A stretch of 64,000 nt of DNA, taken from NCBI GenBank assembly GCA_963730425.1, contig CAVSRV010000011.1, forward strand, positions 240,092 to 304,091, given 5' to 3'. Position numbers and translations under genes: made by a program. The notes below the pieces were generated by a model that made no database searches, was not told the DNA's origin, and saw nothing but the letters and a program-made list of their open reading frames with translations. Below, one piece after another: positions 40,801-48,900 of the stretch (position 1 is the first letter of the stretch; each line of letters begins with the position of its first letter). Source of the DNA: an uncultured Bacteroidota bacterium (GTDB taxonomy: Bacteria; Bacteroidota; Bacteroidia; Chitinophagales; Chitinophagaceae).

Positions 40801-41379
40801 ATGACAATTTCGGCAGTTATGACCGGACTCGGTATTGTCGGTCTCGCGGGTATAGTTGTGAAGAACGGAATTCTTGTTATTGAATTTGCTGATGTACTTC
40901 GTGAGCGTGGAATGAAAACCAGGGAAGCACTGATCCAAGCGGGCAAAACCAGGATCATACCGGTATTACTTACAGCACTGGCAGCAATCCTGGCCCTGAT
41001 TCCACTGGCCATTGGATTCAACATTGATTTTGTAAAATTATTTGCTGAACTGAATCCACATATATTTTTCGGAGGTGATAGTGCTGTTTTCTGGAAGCCA
41101 TTATCCTGGACCATTATCTTCGGTCTTGCATTCGCTTTCTTTATGACACTCTTCATTCTTCCCAGCATGTATCTGATTGCTGAGAGACTGAAACGTCCTA
41201 TGCGCAGGTATTTCGGTGGAAAATGGATATCCATGATGGGTATACCGCCATTAACTTTAATATTCCTGTTCCTTTTGATACCTATTACCCTGATCAGGCA
41301 TTCGATGGAAATTTCCAAAAGAAGGAGAAAGCTTTCAGGCAAGGGGTTAGGCGAAAATTGGATTGGATCCTGGTTTTGA
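37804..41379 (+). CDS. RND efflux permease (AcrB/AcrD/AcrF family)
   Basis: PKEQFPDI, IVDDAIVVIEN, GIVVKNGILVIEF, RIIPVLLTA and extended C-terminus. Confidence 0.95.
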   Translation: MSALENFKQKFKEFKPTSWAIDNKTSIYLLFIFVTILGVNKFVTTPKEQFPDIVIPTIYVQTTYVGNSPKDIENLVTRPIEKQIKGITGAKINKLTSTSVQDFSAIIVEFETDVQTDVALQKVKDAVDKSKPDLPTDLTVQPNVMEVSISDVPIMYVNVSGNYDGQHLKKFADDLKDKLEEVSQINRVDEVGAPEREFQINVDNYKMQSSNITFNDIANAVANENMDISGGLLDVGTMKRTLQLKGQFKSAADIAQIVIRNTSAAPIYLKDIATIVDTVKQSESYSRLNGKNVVTLNIIKRSGENLIETSDEVKRIVAEMKETQFPKDLAIVVTGDQSRTTRTSFNDLVNSIVIGFVLVLVILMFFMGVTNAFFVALSVPLSMFVAFMFLPAADIIIGGHVTLNFIVLFALLFGLGIIVDDAIVVIENTHRIFTEGKGKVTSIIAAKVAAGEIFIPVLVGTLTTLAPFFPLLFWPGLIGKFMIYLPVMLIFTLSASLIVAFIMNPIFAVDFMNHEEEGHALRRSRVFRNPLFYTFLVLGIFCDLYHFTFAGNLLIFFSILMFLNAYLFTGMIHTFQNRSLPWIMSHYEKGLRWALKGWRPVWLLFSTFLLLVFSFVFLGIRKVPVVFFPKGDPNFIYVYLKLPVGTNVDYTDSVTHQLETRVDKVLGMEDGKLNPLVESVISNVAIGAGDPQSGDRSTRPELGRVQVSFVEFEKRHGKATTPILDSIRAALKGIPGAEISVDQEQNGPPTDPPINIEIASDNFENLTTTASALKNYLDSIQIPGVEELKMDVDLTNPEITLTIDRQRAMIEGVSTAQIGQQIRTALFGRELSKIKDNKEEYKIQLRNTEVQRKNLTDLLNMKIFFREPTGAIKSIPITNLVKIDFTSTYGSIKRKSLKRVITLNSNVLTGYTPPAVNAELKDAIDNFQNKADDVTITQTGEGKQQQETVSFLGSALLWALMLILFFLVLQFNSISKPVIILTEIIFSIIGVLLGFAFTGMTISAVMTGLGIVGLAGIVVKNGILVIEFADVLRERGMKTREALIQAGKTRIIPVLLTALAAILALIPLAIGFNIDFVKLFAELNPHIFFGGDSAVFWKPLSWTIIFGLAFAFFMTLFILPSMYLIAERLKRPMRRYFGGKWISMMGIPPLTLIFLFLLIPITLIRHSMEISKRRRKLSGKGLGENWIGSWF

Positions 41380-41544
41380 ACAGGACTAAGTTCATTATAC
41401 TGCCGGTTGATTCCCGAGAATCAAAGTGCGCTTTATGTTAGGTATATAAGTTATTTATAAGCCTGTTGTTATAGACTTTTGTTACCGGGAAAATAACTGC
41501 TGAGCTGTTAAGAAATAAAAACCTGTTTTTTACGTTGCTCCCGT

Positions 41545-42177
41545 ATGGCAGTAAAAAAAGGCGATACTGTTTTTATTGGTAATGCAGGCGGAATATGTGG
41601 ATACATGTCTCATGGCATCAACATAATCCGCAAGTCTACTTCGTTGACTGGCAAACGGATAGAGAAGGATCCTGCGTTTATAGGCTTCCGAAAAAGTTGC
41701 AACAGGATGAAGGAAGCTTCTCCCATCGCTGCATCTCTGTATAAGCTATTGCCTAAAGAAGAAAAAGTATATTCTCTCTATCGCACCCTGACAGGCGAAG
41801 CTTTGAAGATGTTAAAAGAAGGATTGGGAAAAGATGTCGTTGTTGCAAGTCTCAGTAAAAAGTATATCGATCCGGTAATAGAAAAACCCGAGCCCGCGCA
41901 GCAGACTCAGGTTATTCGAATAGTTACTAAACGGTCAGGTAACGTTAGAAATTATATTATCTACGATTTGCCAGTTTTGAAAGCAGGCGTAAGATTTCAA
42001 GATAAAGCCATACGATCGTTACCAGTAATCCAAAAGCGCCGTACCATTCCATATATTTCGGAGCACCGGCAGCTACTCCTTTCTCTATCATATCAAAATC
42101 CAGAAGGAGATTCAATGCAGCAATTGCCACTACAAACAAAGAGAATCCAATTCCAAGCATGGAACCTTCGTGGATAA
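41545..42177 (+). CDS. Hypothetical protein (basic N-terminal domain); 3' end overlaps the convergent YccA gene
   Basis: STSLTGKRIEKDPAF..ASPIAASLY..LYRTLTGEA resembles a family I recall in Chitinophagaceae; the C-terminal ~70 aa is antisense overlap. Confidence 0.55.
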   Translation: MAVKKGDTVFIGNAGGICGYMSHGINIIRKSTSLTGKRIEKDPAFIGFRKSCNRMKEASPIAASLYKLLPKEEKVYSLYRTLTGEALKMLKEGLGKDVVVASLSKKYIDPVIEKPEPAQQTQVIRIVTKRSGNVRNYIIYDLPVLKAGVRFQDKAIRSLPVIQKRRTIPYISEHRQLLLSLSYQNPEGDSMQQLPLQTKRIQFQAWNLRG

Positions 42178-42706
42178 AAGCAATATCCACATGAAAAATA
42201 CGCAATACCATTGCAAGCAGATAAAAAATAGCGATGCCGGCAGTGGCGATAAAAATGATAGATCTGAATTGTTCAGTCACTTTAATAATCCTGAAACGAT
42301 ATAAGAGATACATTGCAATCACGGCGCCGAAAGTTAACAACACAGCCTGGGTTACAATGCCCGGAGCCGATTTTGCAAATACATTATTATATACCGCAGA
42401 AATGCCTCCCAGGAAAACACCTTCGAACAAAGCGTATACTGGTGTCAGGTAGGCAGCCCATTCTTTTTTAAAAATTACTATCAGCGCTGTAATAAAGCCC
42501 AGCAGGGCAGCTCCCATCATATAAGGCATTACGTTTACGCCATCATAAAATGCTTTCCATGTAAGGGAAGAAGACGCCATGACGAGTAAAAACAACAGGA
42601 AAAACTTATTGAGTGTTCCCCTTTCAGTCATTGTACCTGAACCGGGCAGTGTAACTGTATTTTCGAAAACATTTAACGCAGGATTACCAGATTTGAAAAT
42701 AGCCAT
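41957..42706 (-). CDS. Bax inhibitor-1/YccA family membrane protein
   Basis: KSGNPAL, LYALFEG, LLDFD and WYGAFGLLVTIVWLYLEILRLL motifs. Confidence 0.92.
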   Translation of the reverse strand: MAIFKSGNPALNVFENTVTLPGSGTMTERGTLNKFFLLFLLVMASSSLTWKAFYDGVNVMPYMMGAALLGFITALIVIFKKEWAAYLTPVYALFEGVFLGGISAVYNNVFAKSAPGIVTQAVLLTFGAVIAMYLLYRFRIIKVTEQFRSIIFIATAGIAIFYLLAMVLRIFHVDIAFIHEGSMLGIGFSLFVVAIAALNLLLDFDMIEKGVAAGAPKYMEWYGAFGLLVTIVWLYLEILRLLSKLANRR

Positions 42707-42781
42707 AGTTTAATTTGTTTAGGACTTGCAATTTACTAAAAAGAAAATGTATTGTAAAGAGCCCGGAATGGGTTTCTACAC

Positions 42782-43636
42782 TTAATACAATTTTAACAGT
42801 ACAGAGCGGATTTCAGTGAACTTTGTCCAGGGAATGAAGTGGTTCGCGCCGGGAATCAGGGTTTCCTCCACCTTTGGAGAGTTAATGAGCAATTTTTTTC
42901 CATAATCTACATTGCCGGGCGGTACCCACGTATCTTTTGCACCATGTATGAAGTAGACAGGACAGGTTATTTTGGAGAAATCTTTTTTGAGATACACCAG
43001 GTCCGTTTTTAAATACCACAATTCTTCATTGGAAGGACGCATGGCGCCAGGAACAAAATAATTTAATGGAGTATTAAAAAGCCATGGTCTCCATTTCTCC
43101 GGATTTTCTTCCGCCGGATCAATGGATCCTGAAATCACTACAATTCCGGAAAATATTTGTGGATTATCCGCTGCCAGTTTAATAACCAATGGCCCGCCCA
43201 AAGAATGACCGGCAAGGAACATGGGTTTATTGTTAGCGAGTAGGTGAAAAAGCCGGCTGATCCAAAGCGATTGCACATCCAGATGTTGCGGCTGGCCATA
43301 GTCGCTAAAACCAAAGCCAGGACGGTCAATGGAAACCATTCTGAATTTTTTCAGTAATAGAGAGTCCTTCATATATTCCGCGAAGGCGGTCCAGCTTCCC
43401 GGAGATCCATGAATAAAAAAAATGGTTGGAAGTGAATCACTGCCGGTAAGTGCATAATGCAGATGTCTTCCTTCCACTTTTATTGTGGCGGTGCGTAATT
43501 CAACCCGATCTTTTGCAAATTCTTTTTTTTCGTCTGCGTCTGATTTGCGGAAACTCATACAGCTTTGCGCGAGGAGAAGCCAGCCCAACAGGAATAAACC
43601 TGAAAGCAGGAACATTTTCTTCTTAAAGCCTTTCAT
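42782..43636 (-). CDS. Alpha/beta hydrolase, exported
   Basis: FIHGSPG, IDRPGFG, GHSLGG nucleophile, IHGAKD and ANHFIPW motifs. Confidence 0.9.
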   Translation of the reverse strand: MKGFKKKMFLLSGLFLLGWLLLAQSCMSFRKSDADEKKEFAKDRVELRTATIKVEGRHLHYALTGSDSLPTIFFIHGSPGSWTAFAEYMKDSLLLKKFRMVSIDRPGFGFSDYGQPQHLDVQSLWISRLFHLLANNKPMFLAGHSLGGPLVIKLAADNPQIFSGIVVISGSIDPAEENPEKWRPWLFNTPLNYFVPGAMRPSNEELWYLKTDLVYLKKDFSKITCPVYFIHGAKDTWVPPGNVDYGKKLLINSPKVEETLIPGANHFIPWTKFTEIRSVLLKLY

Positions 43637-43642
43637 TAAAAA

Positions 43643-44860
43643 TTATTTCTTTCTTGGCGGCCCCTGAGGAGGTCTGTTGTCAGGCCTGTTATTTGGTCTG
43701 TTATTAGGCTTGTTATCGCTTCTGCGTTGTTGCGGAGGTCCTGGCCGGTGATTCTGCTTTTTTTTGCGGTCAGCACTATCCAGCGTTTTCAAACTGAATT
43801 GTCCCGTAAGATCAACATTCACCAGTTCTTCCTTCGGTTTACCATTCACTTCAACAGCACCCAGATCGTCCGGGATTATATTCTGCTGATTGAGTTTTTT
43901 TATCTGTTTAACTCTGTCAATCAAAAGAGGGTATTGTTTGCTGCTGTCAGGCAATACATACCACATCAGGTTTTTAAAAATGTCTTTTTTAATCAGCAGG
44001 GCTGTTCCCTTGGCTACCTGCAGTGTATCTGCATTATCAGGAAATTGCTGCAGCGCATCCAGGTAAGTATCAAGTTCGTAATTCAGGCAGCATTTTAAAC
44101 GGCCGCACTGACCGCTCAGTTTACTCTGATTGATGGAAAGATTCTGATAGCGGGCAGCAGTAGTGTTAACTGATTTGAAATCTGTGAGCCATGTAGAGCA
44201 ACAAAGTTCACGTCCGCAGCTGCCAATACCTCCAACTTTTCCTGCTTCCTGACGTGCGCCGATCTGGCGCATTTCAACTTTTACGCGGAATTCAGAAGCG
44301 AATATTTTAATGAGCTCCCGGAAATCAACACGGTCGTCTGCTATATAATAGAATGTAGCTTTACGGCCGTCTGCCTGAATTTCCACCTGCGACACTTTCA
44401 TGTCAAGCTTAAGTTGACGCGAAATGGCGCGCGAACGAATCACGGCTTCCTTTTCGCGGGCTTTGTTTTGTTTTAATAGATCCAGGTCACGGTCTGAAGA
44501 GCGGCGAAGTATCTTTTTCATGTCTGGATGAAATTCATCCACACTTTTCTTCTTCATTTGTATCCTGACCAGCTCGCCCGTTAAGCTTACCGTACCAACA
44601 TCAAAACCACTAACACCCTCCACGCTCACTATTTCTCCTTTTTCGAAGATCTGTGTTGTTGTATTACGATAAAAATCCTTACGGCTACCCTGACTAAAAC
44701 TTATCTCCATCACCCTGCATTCCGAAGCAGGGTCGTGAATCGGTAGATTTGAGAGCCAGTCATACACATTCATTCTGTTGCAACTTCCTGTACCACAGCT
44801 TCCATGACTCTGGCATCCACCTGGCTTGCCGCCGGCAGTGCCACAATTAGAACATCCCAT
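43643..44860 (-). CDS. ricT: PSP1/RicT (YaaT) family Fe-S protein
   Basis: Cys-rich N-terminus, RVDFREL, EMRQIGARQEA, CGRELCC and SGQCGRLKCCLNYE; downstream of holB. Confidence 0.88.
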   Translation of the reverse strand: MGCSNCGTAGGKPGGCQSHGSCGTGSCNRMNVYDWLSNLPIHDPASECRVMEISFSQGSRKDFYRNTTTQIFEKGEIVSVEGVSGFDVGTVSLTGELVRIQMKKKSVDEFHPDMKKILRRSSDRDLDLLKQNKAREKEAVIRSRAISRQLKLDMKVSQVEIQADGRKATFYYIADDRVDFRELIKIFASEFRVKVEMRQIGARQEAGKVGGIGSCGRELCCSTWLTDFKSVNTTAARYQNLSINQSKLSGQCGRLKCCLNYELDTYLDALQQFPDNADTLQVAKGTALLIKKDIFKNLMWYVLPDSSKQYPLLIDRVKQIKKLNQQNIIPDDLGAVEVNGKPKEELVNVDLTGQFSLKTLDSADRKKKQNHRPGPPQQRRSDNKPNNRPNNRPDNRPPQGPPRKK

Positions 44861-44905
44861 ATTTATTTATAAGTTAACAAGCAAGTTGACAAATATACTA
44901 AGTTC

Positions 44906-46066
44906 CTAGGTCACTACAGCTTCTTCCCGAGTAGCCAGGATATGATAAAGCCGGATCGTCAGCGCATGAAACAATATTTTAGCATTTGCGTTGCGTTCAA
45001 TATAATAAATCGATTTATTGAGTTCTTCCACGATGGCCTGTTGGATGGACAGATCTGCGATTTTATTCAGTCTCAGGGCAAAATCTTTCTCTGAATCAGG
45101 CAGATCTTTAATGGCTTCCTCAGACATGCGAAGTCTTATTGCCTGTTCAAGCAGATGACCGAAATACTGTAAAAACTGTTTCTGTCTTTCGCGACCTGAT
45201 TTGCTGATTTCTTCAACCCATTTTACCTGCGCAATCGGACCTGTTTTCAAAACTGCGTTCAACCATTCCCGTAATAATCCCTGCCAGTCATCCTGACCGT
45301 GTTGAAGCTGTCTCAGGGATTCACGGTAATTCTGTTCACTGACAGCAGCAAGTTGTCTCGCCTGCTCAGGAGCTACCCCGGCGCGTTCTACCAGCGCGTC
45401 CTGAATTTCCTGAATGGATGGCTTCGGCAGTCGTATGATCTGAACCCTTGAAAGTATGGTTGGAAGAATCAGTGTTTCATTTTCGGTAACCAGTATGAAC
45501 AGGGTATCTGGTGGCGGTTCTTCAATAAGCTTCAATAATTTATTTCCTTCATTGCCAAGATATTCCGGCATCCACATGATCAGGATTTTATATCCGCTTT
45601 CGAAACTCTTCAGGCTAAGTTTGCGGTTGATCTCATTACATTCATGAGCTGAAATATTTCCCTGTTTGTTATCTGCTTCAATAAACTGCAGCCAGTCAAA
45701 AATAGTTCCGTAAGGAAACTGGGAAATGAATTCACGCCACTCAGATATAAAATCTGCACTCACCGGTTTATCGCCAGGTTTGCGCGAAATCACCGGATAT
45801 ACATAATGGATATCGGGATGCATCATCTTAGCTGCTTTGACACAGGAGGGGCATACATTACAGCTTTCAACCGGAAAATTAGATTTTGAAATTTCTTCTG
45901 AAACCCGGTCGCACATGATGAATTGCGAAAAAGCCAATGCCAATGGCAACCCACCCGCACCTTCAGGCGCATTGATGAGCAACGCATGGCTCAACCTGTT
46001 GTGCTCAACGAGGTTGCGAAGCTTTACCTTGATTTCCTGCTGACCAATAACCTGACTAAATAACAT
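44906..46066 (-). CDS. holB: DNA polymerase III delta' subunit
   Basis: RLSHALL, CxxC..C, HPDIH, NKLLKLIEEPP and LPTILSR motifs. Confidence 0.9.
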   Translation of the reverse strand: MLFSQVIGQQEIKVKLRNLVEHNRLSHALLINAPEGAGGLPLALAFSQFIMCDRVSEEISKSNFPVESCNVCPSCVKAAKMMHPDIHYVYPVISRKPGDKPVSADFISEWREFISQFPYGTIFDWLQFIEADNKQGNISAHECNEINRKLSLKSFESGYKILIMWMPEYLGNEGNKLLKLIEEPPPDTLFILVTENETLILPTILSRVQIIRLPKPSIQEIQDALVERAGVAPEQARQLAAVSEQNYRESLRQLQHGQDDWQGLLREWLNAVLKTGPIAQVKWVEEISKSGRERQKQFLQYFGHLLEQAIRLRMSEEAIKDLPDSEKDFALRLNKIADLSIQQAIVEELNKSIYYIERNANAKILFHALTIRLYHILATREEAVVT

Positions 46067-46080
46067 CCGGCTGGTCAGTA

Positions 46081-46602
46081 TTAATTAAGATGAGACGTAA
46101 TCTGATCACTCATCGGAGTAACCTTACTATCAAAAACAGCAATAAGTTTTCCATTTTCATCAATCAGAAATTTTGTAAAATTCCATTTGATGACGGGAGC
46201 TGGTGTACCAAGCTTTATTGCTTCTTCAGTAAGGTATTTAAACAATGGGGATGTATTCTCTCCGACTACATCAGATTTCGCAGCCAATGGGAATGTTACG
46301 CCATAATTTTTCTGACAAAATTCTTTTATTTCTGAATTTGTACCAGGTTCCTGTGCACCGAAATCATTGGCGGGAAAACCGACGATAGTAAGTTTGTCTT
46401 TGTATTTTTCGTACAGTTTTTCCAGATCTGCATATTGCGGTGTAAATCCACATTTTGAAGCTGTGTTTACGATCAATAGTTTTTTCCCTTTGTAGGCAGA
46501 CAAATCAATCGTTCCACCATCAAGCGACGGCACTTTGAAGTCGTACACATTAACACTGCTATTTATCATAAATAAAATTGGAATGAGCAATAGTCTTAAC
46601 AT
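46081..46602 (-). CDS. Glutathione peroxidase family protein
   Basis: IVNTASKCGFTPQY, GFPANDF and KWNFTKFLID motifs. Confidence 0.95.
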   Translation of the reverse strand: MLRLLLIPILFMINSSVNVYDFKVPSLDGGTIDLSAYKGKKLLIVNTASKCGFTPQYADLEKLYEKYKDKLTIVGFPANDFGAQEPGTNSEIKEFCQKNYGVTFPLAAKSDVVGENTSPLFKYLTEEAIKLGTPAPVIKWNFTKFLIDENGKLIAVFDSKVTPMSDQITSHLN

Positions 46603-46665
46603 AAAATATATTTTTATTTTAGAATCAATGTTCCACTATCAAAGCTAGCAAGAATTGTGCGGGAA

Positions 46666-48051
46666 TCACTGCCGTTCATAACAACCTAGGTCGGGAAGAT
46701 TTACCGGCCTAGGATTGCCATCAAGGTCAATAAGAATACCCAGGATAGAGCCATGATCCACTCCAGGCGAACTGGCCTGCAGGTGAAAATCGAATGTACT
46801 TGCGGGAAACCCCGTAGCAATAAATTGAGGATCTGTATTTAGCCATAAAGAACTGCTGTCAATATTTGCAGGATAATTTTGCTGCTTCAGAATTACGTGA
46901 TCAAATAAAACATTGAAAATAGTATTTCCCTGTTTTGAAATCAATGCTTCATCTGATTGACTTTCACCACCCCAGAAAATACAATCCAGAAAACTGGCAT
47001 TCAGATCTCCCGTCAGGGTGCCATCTGAACTGGCATTGGAAATGCTGAGAACCGGCTGTTGATGTGAAAGAAGGTTAGTGGAATACGATGCTACTGTACA
47101 ATACTCAAACTGATAAACGCCACCCTGGTTAATAACAATATTCTGTCCGCAATTGCTAACTAGACAATTGATAGCTGTTATACTGGATTCAATTCCCAGC
47201 AGGCCCTCTGCAAGAGAATTGTTAACTATACACTGATTTAATGAAAGCTTTGGATTCATGTCAGTGCTGGGTCCTTCTGCGACGAGGCTATGATACCCAT
47301 TCTGAAAAACAGTATAATTAAGCACATTGTCCCTGCTAGCATCCCTGAAATATATTCCTGGCCACGAACCCGGATAATTGACATATGGCTGGTCCAGCCT
47401 GTCACCTGTAAAATATACCCGTTGATTTTCAGCGGTATCTCCCAACACTTTGAGGCTGCCGTCTATATAGATAGGTGCGTCTGCATGCATATATATATGA
47501 GTACCGGGCTGAATAGTAAGGGTTGCATTGCTATCGATAGTAAGACCACCGTATATCACATAGGGCAAATCATTTGGCCAGTTGGTATTTGACTGAATTA
47601 CAAAGTTCTTTAGAAAATGGGCATTCTGACCCCAGGCGTTCAGTTGTATATATTGCTCGACACCATTGTAACTTAATCGTATGCTGTCCTGCAGCAAAAA
47701 GGGGGTCGGTTTCACTCCCGATGGAATCAGCACGGTAACAAAAATGTAAAGGCTGTCATTCGCCTGTATATTGAGATTGGAAGCATTGGGTCCGGGAGTT
47801 CCGTCTATATTAATAACAAACGGAGAACCTGTTCCGCCAGCCAGGCTGATGGAAGAAATCCCAACACTCCGGTTATTATTGTTAATCAGCTTAACCTGTT
47901 GAGTAATAGAGCCTGTTGTGGTAAAAACGGTGTCAAAACTCAATGTATCTGCAGATAAAGTAAGAAGAGCACTTCCGTTCATATTCGCCTGTTTTTGGCA
48001 GGAAACAAGCACAAAAGCAGTAAAGATGCAGGAAAACAGGTTTTTATACAT
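46666..48051 (-). CDS. Lipoprotein with Ig-like and right-handed beta-helix domains (hypothetical)
   Basis: Lipobox LVSC; DTLSFDTVF, FTGDRLD and DLDGNPR..PDLGCYE (choice-of-anchor-like tail). Confidence 0.75.
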   Translation of the reverse strand: MYKNLFSCIFTAFVLVSCQKQANMNGSALLTLSADTLSFDTVFTTTGSITQQVKLINNNNRSVGISSISLAGGTGSPFVINIDGTPGPNASNLNIQANDSLYIFVTVLIPSGVKPTPFLLQDSIRLSYNGVEQYIQLNAWGQNAHFLKNFVIQSNTNWPNDLPYVIYGGLTIDSNATLTIQPGTHIYMHADAPIYIDGSLKVLGDTAENQRVYFTGDRLDQPYVNYPGSWPGIYFRDASRDNVLNYTVFQNGYHSLVAEGPSTDMNPKLSLNQCIVNNSLAEGLLGIESSITAINCLVSNCGQNIVINQGGVYQFEYCTVASYSTNLLSHQQPVLSISNASSDGTLTGDLNASFLDCIFWGGESQSDEALISKQGNTIFNVLFDHVILKQQNYPANIDSSSLWLNTDPQFIATGFPASTFDFHLQASSPGVDHGSILGILIDLDGNPRPVNLPDLGCYERQ

Positions 48052-48082
48052 CCCGACAAAAATACGTTTTAGGACATTTAAT

Positions 48083-48168
48083 TGGTATAAGGTATATGGT
48101 GCATGGTCTATGGATTGGTTTTATTATTTAAATGAGCTACCATATTCTATTTACCATATACCATAGAC
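48083..48168. repeat. Degenerate inverted pair of heptamer arrays (element I; TGGTATA / TACCATA)
   Basis: tggtata aggtata tggtgca tggtcta tgg (48083-48113) and taccata ttctatt taccata taccata gac (48138-48168), abutting the comF stop. Confidence 0.75.
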
Positions 48169-48873
48169 TTAGGCCGAGACAGTGTGCGCCAGACATGCAA
48201 TACTTATCTTAACTCCCGGAACATTTTGCAAAACACGGGCACAGGCTTCAAGCGTGGCTCCCGTTGTGACGACATCGTCTACCAACAGCACATGTTTCCC
48301 TATAATTCTTAACGGCTCCCTTATTTCAAAAGTTGATTCCATATTTTTCCAGCGTTGAATTCTGCTTTTGTGAGTTTGAGTTGCTGTTTTTTTTACCCGT
48401 ATGATCACGTCTTCCACAACAGGAATTTTTAATTGCAGAGACAATCCTATTGCGATCTGGGTTGCCTGATTATAACCTCTTTTTTTTTCTCTTTCCGCAT
48501 ACAATGGCAATGGAATAATCATTTCGCATTCAGAGAACCGACATGATTGAATCAATGCTGCACTCATGCACTTGCCGAAATAATTACCGATTTCTTTTTT
48601 CCCTTTGTATTTAAGGAGGTGAAGACTGCGTTGAACTGAGGATCCTGCAGTAAAATATAAATGCGCCGAAGCTGCCTCTACTTCTACGCGGCCCCAAAAT
48701 ATTTTCTCAATTGGATTCAAAGGAAAAAATTCAAAGCATGTTACGGGCATTGAAGCCTGACAATAAATACAAAATAAAATATTCTCAGAAAGCAGATCTG
48801 TTCCGCATCCACAACAGGTGTTTGGGAAAAAAAGATGTAAAAGAGAATGAAAAATGGAAATCCGCGATTTCAT
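48169..48873 (-). CDS. comF: ComF family amidophosphoribosyltransferase-like protein
   Basis: N-terminal CxxC..CxxC, LKYKG, RGYNQA and LLVDDVVTTGATL motifs. Confidence 0.92.
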   Translation of the reverse strand: MKSRISIFHSLLHLFFPNTCCGCGTDLLSENILFCIYCQASMPVTCFEFFPLNPIEKIFWGRVEVEAASAHLYFTAGSSVQRSLHLLKYKGKKEIGNYFGKCMSAALIQSCRFSECEMIIPLPLYAEREKKRGYNQATQIAIGLSLQLKIPVVEDVIIRVKKTATQTHKSRIQRWKNMESTFEIREPLRIIGKHVLLVDDVVTTGATLEACARVLQNVPGVKISIACLAHTVSA

Positions 48874-48900
48874 CTGAATATGTAGCCCAATCGCAGAACC

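Noticed and set aside
1000-48168. Repeat arrays as CRISPR or other guide-RNA arrays
   Set aside because: Units are 7-8 nt, directly tandem with no unique spacers, and paired as inverted arms; there are no cas-like genes.
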